Shown in pieces: positions 58,766 to 64,000 of a DNA stretch of 64,000 bases. The notes under the pieces are model-generated. The model searched no databases and was not told where the DNA came from. It was given only the letters and a program-made list of their open reading frames with translations. The first letter of the stretch is position 1. Every line of letters begins with the position of its first letter. Origin of the DNA: an uncultured Chloroflexia bacterium. GTDB taxonomy: Bacteria; Chloroflexota; Limnocylindria; Limnocylindrales; CSP1-4. Location of the stretch: assembly GCA_963734535.1 (NCBI GenBank), contig CAVTHS010000003.1, positions 320,001 to 384,000 on the forward strand, written 5' to 3'. The position numbers and the translations under genes were made by a program.

Positions 58766-60604
58766 ATGGATGGATGGACCGGACAGTTCCTGCGGGTCGA
58801 CCTGACCACCAGGACGTTCAGGATCGAGACGTTCACGGAGGAGTTCGCCCACACCTGGATCGGCGGCCGCGGTTTCGCGGTGAAGATCCTGTACGACGAG
58901 CTCGCCCCCGGAATCGATCCCCTCGGGCCGGAGAACAAGCTGGTCGTGGCCGTCGGCCCCATCTCCGGCATCCCGGCGCCCAACACCGGCAAGACGATCG
59001 TGGCCGCCAAGTCGCCGGCAACCGGCGGCTACGGCGACGGGAACCTCGGGACCCGGATCACGGACCAGCTCCGCAAGGCGGGCTACGACGCCCTCATCAT
59101 CGAGGGCCGCGCCGAGCGCCCCACGCTCCTCTCGATCGAGGACGACCGGGTCGAGTTCCTGCCCGCCGACGAGGTCTGGGGCAAGGGCACGATGGAGACG
59201 AACGACTGGATCTACGCCCGCTACGGGAAGGGTGTCGGCGTCCTGAACATCGGCCAGGGCGGCGAGAACATGGTCAACTTCGCGGTCGTGCGCAGCCTCG
59301 AGGGCCGCTCCGGCGGCCGGCCCGGGATGGGCGCCGTGATGGGCTCGAAGCTCCTCAAGGCGATCGTCGTCAAGGGCTCCAGGCCGATCCCGCAGGCGTT
59401 CCCCGTCGCCATGAAGGAGCTCGGCCGCGACGACCTGCGCGAGGTCCACGCGATCGACAAGGAGATGGCCTGGTCCACCCAGGGCACGACCGGCGTGCTG
59501 CCCTGGTGCAACGAGGTCGCGGCGCTGCCGGTCCACAACTTCCGCGGGACGCACCACCCGGACGCCTGGCAGGTGGACGGGGAGCGCGTCAACGCGGCCC
59601 GCGTCGCCACGTACGGCTGCCCGAACTGCACGATGCGCTGCGGCATCGGGATCCTCGACGACGAGGGCCGCGAGGCCGAGGTCGACTACGAGAACGTCGG
59701 CCTCCTGGGGCCGAACCTGGACCTGTACGACCTCTCCCAGGTCGCGGCGCTCAACTACCTGTGCGACGACTACGGGCTGGACACCATCTCCGCGGGCGGC
59801 GTGCTCGGCTTCTACGCCGACGCGATCGAGCGGGGAGCCGTCGAGGGCGACCTCCGGTTCGGCGACGCGGCCGGCATGAAACGGGTCCTCGGCATGATCG
59901 CCCGGCGCGAGGGCGAGATCGGCAACCTGCTCGCCGACGGGACGCTGCGCGCGGCGCGGGCCTTCGGCCACGGGTCCGAGGACTACGCGATGCAGGTCAA
60001 GGGCCTCGAGATCTCGGCCTACAACTGCAAGTTCATCCCGGGCATGGCCCTCGCGTTCGGGGTCAGCCCGATCGGCGCCCACCACAAGGAATCGTGGATC
60101 ATCACGTTCGAGGTCAAGCAGACCACCCGCGGGTCGTACGGGCGCGACAAGGCCCAGAAGATCGTTGACCTGCAGCGGATCCGCGGCGGCCTGTTCGAGT
60201 CGATCGTCACCTGCCGCTTCCCCTGGGTCGAGCTGGGCTGGGGCGTGGAGCACTACCCGACCTACTTCAACACGATCACCGGGCAGGACTGGAAGCTCGA
60301 GGACTTCTGGCCCATCTCGGACCGGATCTACGCGCTCATGAAGCTGTTCTGGCTGCGCGAGCACCCGGAGACGGACCGCTCGGCCGACTTCCCGCCCGCC
60401 GCCTGGTTCGACCCTGCCAACGCCGACACCGAGGGCCCGATCGCGGGCATGATCCTCGACCGCGAGCAGTACGACGGGATGCTGGCGCACTACTACGACA
60501 TCCGCGGCTACGACACGCGCGGCATCCCCACCCGGGCCACGCTCGAGAGCCTGGGGCTCGGCGCCGAGGCCGCGGCCGCGGAGGCGTTCGCAACGATCCG
60601 CTGA
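58766..60604 (+). CDS. Tungsten aldehyde:ferredoxin oxidoreductase family protein (FOR-like)
   Basis: GMGAVMGSK, CPNCTMRC, DYEN, DDYGLDTIS, GAHHKE, CRFPWVE. Confidence 0.92.
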   Translation: MDGWTGQFLRVDLTTRTFRIETFTEEFAHTWIGGRGFAVKILYDELAPGIDPLGPENKLVVAVGPISGIPAPNTGKTIVAAKSPATGGYGDGNLGTRITDQLRKAGYDALIIEGRAERPTLLSIEDDRVEFLPADEVWGKGTMETNDWIYARYGKGVGVLNIGQGGENMVNFAVVRSLEGRSGGRPGMGAVMGSKLLKAIVVKGSRPIPQAFPVAMKELGRDDLREVHAIDKEMAWSTQGTTGVLPWCNEVAALPVHNFRGTHHPDAWQVDGERVNAARVATYGCPNCTMRCGIGILDDEGREAEVDYENVGLLGPNLDLYDLSQVAALNYLCDDYGLDTISAGGVLGFYADAIERGAVEGDLRFGDAAGMKRVLGMIARREGEIGNLLADGTLRAARAFGHGSEDYAMQVKGLEISAYNCKFIPGMALAFGVSPIGAHHKESWIITFEVKQTTRGSYGRDKAQKIVDLQRIRGGLFESIVTCRFPWVELGWGVEHYPTYFNTITGQDWKLEDFWPISDRIYALMKLFWLREHPETDRSADFPPAAWFDPANADTEGPIAGMILDREQYDGMLAHYYDIRGYDTRGIPTRATLESLGLGAEAAAAEAFATIR

Positions 60605-60606
60605 CG

Positions 60607-60834
60607 ATGACGGTCACGGTCAAGCTCGTGGGCGGCCTGGTCCACACCCTGGGCTTCAGCGAGCGCGTGCTCGAGCTCCCGGCGGGGACGACGGTCGCGG
60701 GGCTCCTCGAGGCGATCGGCACCGACCCTGCCCGGCCCCTCATCGTCGGTCGCAGGGGCTGGGCGATCGAGTTGGACGACGAGGTCAGCGACGGGGACCG
60801 CATCCTGGTCTCCCCGGTCTTCTCCGGGGGCTGA
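60607..60834 (+). CDS. MoaD/ThiS family sulfur carrier
   Basis: Ubiquitin-like size with C-terminal SGG; follows the oxidoreductase. Confidence 0.88.
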   Translation: MTVTVKLVGGLVHTLGFSERVLELPAGTTVAGLLEAIGTDPARPLIVGRRGWAIELDDEVSDGDRILVSPVFSGG

Positions 60835-61256
60835 GCGGGTCGGGGAGGGGAGGGCAGCCCGGGACCGGGCGTCCGGACGATCGCATCGCGTCACTTGCAT
60901 CGTGGGCGTAGCATCGACATATAGACGCTCGGTTCTGCCGCGTGCGGGGTGCGCAGTGACGTCGTCGGCCATGGTCGGAAGACCGGATCGTGCACGAAGG
61001 GCTCGCTCGGCGATGCCGATTGCGACACTGCCCTGCACGGCCGACTCGACGCGCGGTGTGACGAACCTCGCCACCCGGCCCCGGGCGGGCAACTTCAGCT
61101 CCGATACCCGCGCCGGCCTCTGAGGGCGGGCGGGCCAGTGCCCGGCCCCGCCCGCCCGCTGCAACCTGTTGATGTCAACTGACATCAGATCGAGACACCG
61201 GCGCCCGTGGGAGGGCGCCGGTGTCGTTGCCGGCGGGAGGGACTCTCCAAGGTTGG

Positions 61257-61283
61257 TTGACGTGCGTTGTAGTATGCTACAAT
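61257..61283 (+). promoter_or_regulatory. Promoter with overlapping palindromic operator of the TA operon
   Basis: TTGACG...TG-C-TACAAT; TTGTAG-TATG-CTACAA inverted repeat at 61267-82. Confidence 0.6.
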
Positions 61284-61323
61284 AACCTTCCGCACGAGAA
61301 CTCGGTCTGCACCGGAGGAACCG

Positions 61324-61956
61324 ATGACCCTGACCGTGCCAGAGGCCGCTCGACGCATCGGCCGCAACCCTGAGACGATCCGTCGCTGGATCAGGGCAGG
61401 GAAGCTGCCATCGCGGAAGGTCGGAACACAGCACCTCATCGACGAAGACGATCTGATCGATTCAACTGGTGGCGTGGGTGCAGATCGTCCGACCGCGCTC
61501 GACGCGGATCGGACCGTGGACGATCAGTCGATTCTGCGAGCCCTCCACCAGGGCCGGCAAGAACGCGATCACCAGGTTCAGGAGGCATGGGCGCCGTACC
61601 TGTCCGCTTCAACGGACCGCCGAGCCGTTACGATCGACCCGTGGCAGTCGACGATCGTGGGACGGATCGTTCGCCTCGTTGATCCCGCCAGGATCGTGCT
61701 GTTCGGCTCGCGCGCGCGCGGAAGTGCCCGGCACGACAGCGACTACGACCTGCTCGTGATCGTTGATGCGGTTGCGAACCGTCGCGCGATGCGCATCGCC
61801 ATCCGTCGATCCTTCGCGGACCTTCCGGTGGCCGCGGACGTTGTCGTGAGCACGGTAGAGGAGGCCGACGGTCGCGTTGCCGGTCGTCCAGTCGGCGTGG
61901 TGTACTGGGCCCTCCAGGAGGGCCGGGTCATCTATCACCGCGGCAATGCCGCCTGA
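61324..61956 (+). CDS. Excisionase-like HTH fused to minimal nucleotidyltransferase (MNT antitoxin)
   Basis: LTVPEAA..IG..PETIRRWIR.GKL; LFGSRARG.....SDYDLLV. Confidence 0.85.
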   Translation: MTLTVPEAARRIGRNPETIRRWIRAGKLPSRKVGTQHLIDEDDLIDSTGGVGADRPTALDADRTVDDQSILRALHQGRQERDHQVQEAWAPYLSASTDRRAVTIDPWQSTIVGRIVRLVDPARIVLFGSRARGSARHDSDYDLLVIVDAVANRRAMRIAIRRSFADLPVAADVVVSTVEEADGRVAGRPVGVVYWALQEGRVIYHRGNAA

Positions 61957-62365
61957 GGCTGCGCTCTGGTGGCTTCGGACGGCGATCGGGGACCTCGACG
62001 CCGCGCGGGCACTCCTGACCGTTGCAACAGTGGTGCCCCGCCAGGCGGCCTACCTCGCCCAGCAGGCCGCCGAGAAGGCTATCAAGGCGACCATTGCGCT
62101 CCAGGGCCGCGAGCCTCCCTTGACGCACGATCTGCTCTTCCTGCTTGACCGAAGTCCGGACGAGGCGGGCCTTCGCGGCGTGCTCGTCGACGTCGTCGCC
62201 CTGTCAGGTGCCCAGGCGGTCGCGCGCTATCCACAACCGGATGAACCCCCGTACGACCTCGAAGAGGCCGAACAGCTGGTCGCGGACGCTTCACGTCTCG
62301 TGGTCGGCGTGCAGGACTACTTCGATCGGCTCGGTTTCGCCGGTACCGGCCTTGCACCTGTCTGA
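61946..62365 (+). CDS. HEPN-domain protein (MNT partner)
   Basis: QQAAEKAIKA, THDL, ARYP; start overlaps the MNT gene. Confidence 0.88.
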   Translation: MPPEAALWWLRTAIGDLDAARALLTVATVVPRQAAYLAQQAAEKAIKATIALQGREPPLTHDLLFLLDRSPDEAGLRGVLVDVVALSGAQAVARYPQPDEPPYDLEEAEQLVADASRLVVGVQDYFDRLGFAGTGLAPV

Positions 62366-62455
62366 GCCGGCTTCGGTCTCCGTGCGCCCGTCGGGCGGGG
62401 ACTCCTGCAGGACTAGCTGGACGTGGCTCTGGAGGTCGTTCTGGTCTGGACCATA

Positions 62456-62483
62456 ACTTCCGATAATGTAAGTTATGTTCTGG
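62456..62483. other. dif-like Xer recombination site
   Basis: ACTTCCGATAA-TGTAAG-TTATGTTCTGG, 11-6-11 layout with ATAA/TTATGT inner arms. Confidence 0.55.
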
Positions 62484-62518
62484 CGCGATCCCGCGGCCAA
62501 GGTTGTCCGGTCAGTCGG

Positions 62519-63097
62519 TCAGTCGGGCAGCACCTCGTCGAGCACTGCCCACACCCAGCCCGCGAGTTTCCAGACCGCCGGTTGGTCGGTTCCGGCGTGA
62601 AACTTCCCGCTGCCGACGGCGTAGGTGCGCCGGCTGACCTGGCCTACGAGCTCGTCGATGAGCGCATCGATGTCCTGGACCTGATCCTTCGAGCCGCGAC
62701 GCTGCTGGACGGCGTAGCGCGTTCGCTCCGCCTGGGTTGGGTTGCGCTTGCCTCCCTGCTCGATGCCGAGATACCAGGGCTGCCGACGGATCTCGTCGTC
62801 GGGTGCCATGAGCTGGACCGTCGCCCGCATGACCTCGCGGACCTCGCCCGCTGGCCCGACGTAGCTAAGCCGGCTCTGGTTGTTCATGTCGCGGAGTGCC
62901 TGCTCCATGGAGTCCGACAGCGGCGGCGACTGGCGGCGCAGCCTAGTCAGGATCCCGGTCTCGCGGGCCGACAGCGGTCCGCGCGCCGGCACGACGGCTT
63001 CGACCGGTCGGGACGGCTGACGCAACTTCGTCTGGAACTCGCGCAACCGTCGAAGCCGGTCGGGGTCGACTCCGTCACTCCGTGTCGGTCTGGCCAT
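62519..63097 (-). CDS. Predicted pPIWI-associated (HEPN-like) nuclease domain protein
   Basis: EQALRD...RLSYVGPAGEVREV..LMAPD...PTQAER.RY...TY..GS...H pattern recalled for this family. Confidence 0.6.
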   Translation of the reverse strand: MARPTRSDGVDPDRLRRLREFQTKLRQPSRPVEAVVPARGPLSARETGILTRLRRQSPPLSDSMEQALRDMNNQSRLSYVGPAGEVREVMRATVQLMAPDDEIRRQPWYLGIEQGGKRNPTQAERTRYAVQQRRGSKDQVQDIDALIDELVGQVSRRTYAVGSGKFHAGTDQPAVWKLAGWVWAVLDEVLPD

Positions 63098-63935
63098 CTT
63101 CGGCCTTGCCGTTGTTCAGGACGTACCGACGCATGTTCTTGAAGATCTCCTCGACGGTCTCGGACGTCGCGTCGGCCGCGATGTGGATCTCGATGTTGAT
63201 GTGAATGCCCGGCCCAACGGCCACCGAGACGGGCGTCGCGGGAGCCTGCATGGCGCGCGGCCCTGCCACAGCGATCGGCGTCGCGGGCAGCGCCTCGACG
63301 GCCGTGGGTACGGCGTTGAGGCCCACCGGGATCGGCCCGGCCAAGTCGACACTCAGCTTGCCGTTGCCAAAGTCCCGGATGAAACCGACCGCCGTCCCGC
63401 CCTCGGTGATGAGCGCCAGGACGCTCGCCGTTCGGTCAAGCGGCACACCCATCTGATGCAGCACGTTCTTCGCGACCGTATCGGACGGGAGTGTCGCGGC
63501 GTCGTAAGCGCGCAGGAACTCCCCGACGATCTTGGGTCGGAGCAGCGCCTCACGCTTCGCCGCAATGTCGTCGCCGTCTACGGTCGGCTGGAGGATCCGC
63601 ATGCCTAGCGGTGTGATGCCGATCTCGGCGCCCTGGGCCGCGCCCGTTGTGATCCCGTATGCGGCCGACGCGCCAGTGATCGTGCGGAACGGGCCCGACG
63701 TATGCGTCATGCCCATGGCGCCGGCGACATTCACTGGCTTCGTCGGCCTGAACGCATACTCGTCGGCGATCGCATGTGCGACTCGCAGCGCTGCGTCGAT
63801 CGACATGCTGGGCACGTCTTCCTGGAACAGTCGCGGCCTCGCAGCCTTAGCGGCCGCTACTCCGCCGGCCGGCGCCGCTGCGGGAACTGCCACGGCGGGC
63901 GCAGCCGCCGTATTCCGAGTAGCCATCACCGCCAC
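63075..63935 (-). CDS. DUF5343-like hypothetical protein
   Basis: N-domain DVPSMSI..ALRVA.AI...AYGIT..ITPLG; C-terminal IHINIEIHI...IF..MR motif; overlaps the downstream nuclease gene. Confidence 0.65.
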   Translation of the reverse strand: MAVMATRNTAAAPAVAVPAAAPAGGVAAAKAARPRLFQEDVPSMSIDAALRVAHAIADEYAFRPTKPVNVAGAMGMTHTSGPFRTITGASAAYGITTGAAQGAEIGITPLGMRILQPTVDGDDIAAKREALLRPKIVGEFLRAYDAATLPSDTVAKNVLHQMGVPLDRTASVLALITEGGTAVGFIRDFGNGKLSVDLAGPIPVGLNAVPTAVEALPATPIAVAGPRAMQAPATPVSVAVGPGIHINIEIHIAADATSETVEEIFKNMRRYVLNNGKAEDGQTDTE

Positions 63936-64000
63936 CTCCGAGACAAGTTCGTTCCTCGTCGCTCAAGGCGGCCGGTGCTTCGACATCCGTGATTGTAGCC

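Noticed and set aside
55670-60604. 1644-aa giant ORF
   Set aside because: Only the part from 58766 is a real gene; the rest is an off-frame shadow of hflX and the ABC exporter
61114-61225. Strong hairpins upstream of the TA operon as a terminator or IS ends
   Set aside because: No U-tract and no transposase; function cannot be assigned

Overview
Very GC-rich bacterial chromosomal segment. Gene content suggests Chloroflexota, but that is inference only. Most of it is housekeeping: a Pat/AcuC/Acs acetylation cluster, tRNA-Val, T-box-thrS-infC-rpmI-rplT-pheST, cvpA-mpg-mutS2, PBP1A, tyrS-tdk, a TrpR-like-regulator his operon with divergent hisA, EF-G2, yebC-ruvCAB-tgt, recA-recX-rny-ymdB-PHP-miaB-miaA, hflX, an ABC exporter and a FOR-type tungsten oxidoreductase with MoaD. 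Two accessory regions stand out. (1) About 9.7-17.1 kb, next to tRNA-Val and an integrase remnant: three covarying copies of a c-di-GMP-II-like riboswitch precede a secreted protein and two N-anchored methyltransferases, beside duplicated membrane proteins and a class III nucleotide cyclase with non-canonical specificity residues. (2) About 60.9-64 kb: an HTH-MNT/HEPN toxin-antitoxin pair, a dif-like site, and a DUF5343-like plus HEPN-like nuclease pair (candidate defence system). Also found: a 22-bp-phased candidate operator array at the his locus, an unannotated 53-aa basic ORF before recA, and several single-base frameshifts (hisC, ruvA, PHP/miaB) that look like assembly indels. All family assignments come from motif recognition; no database searches were run.
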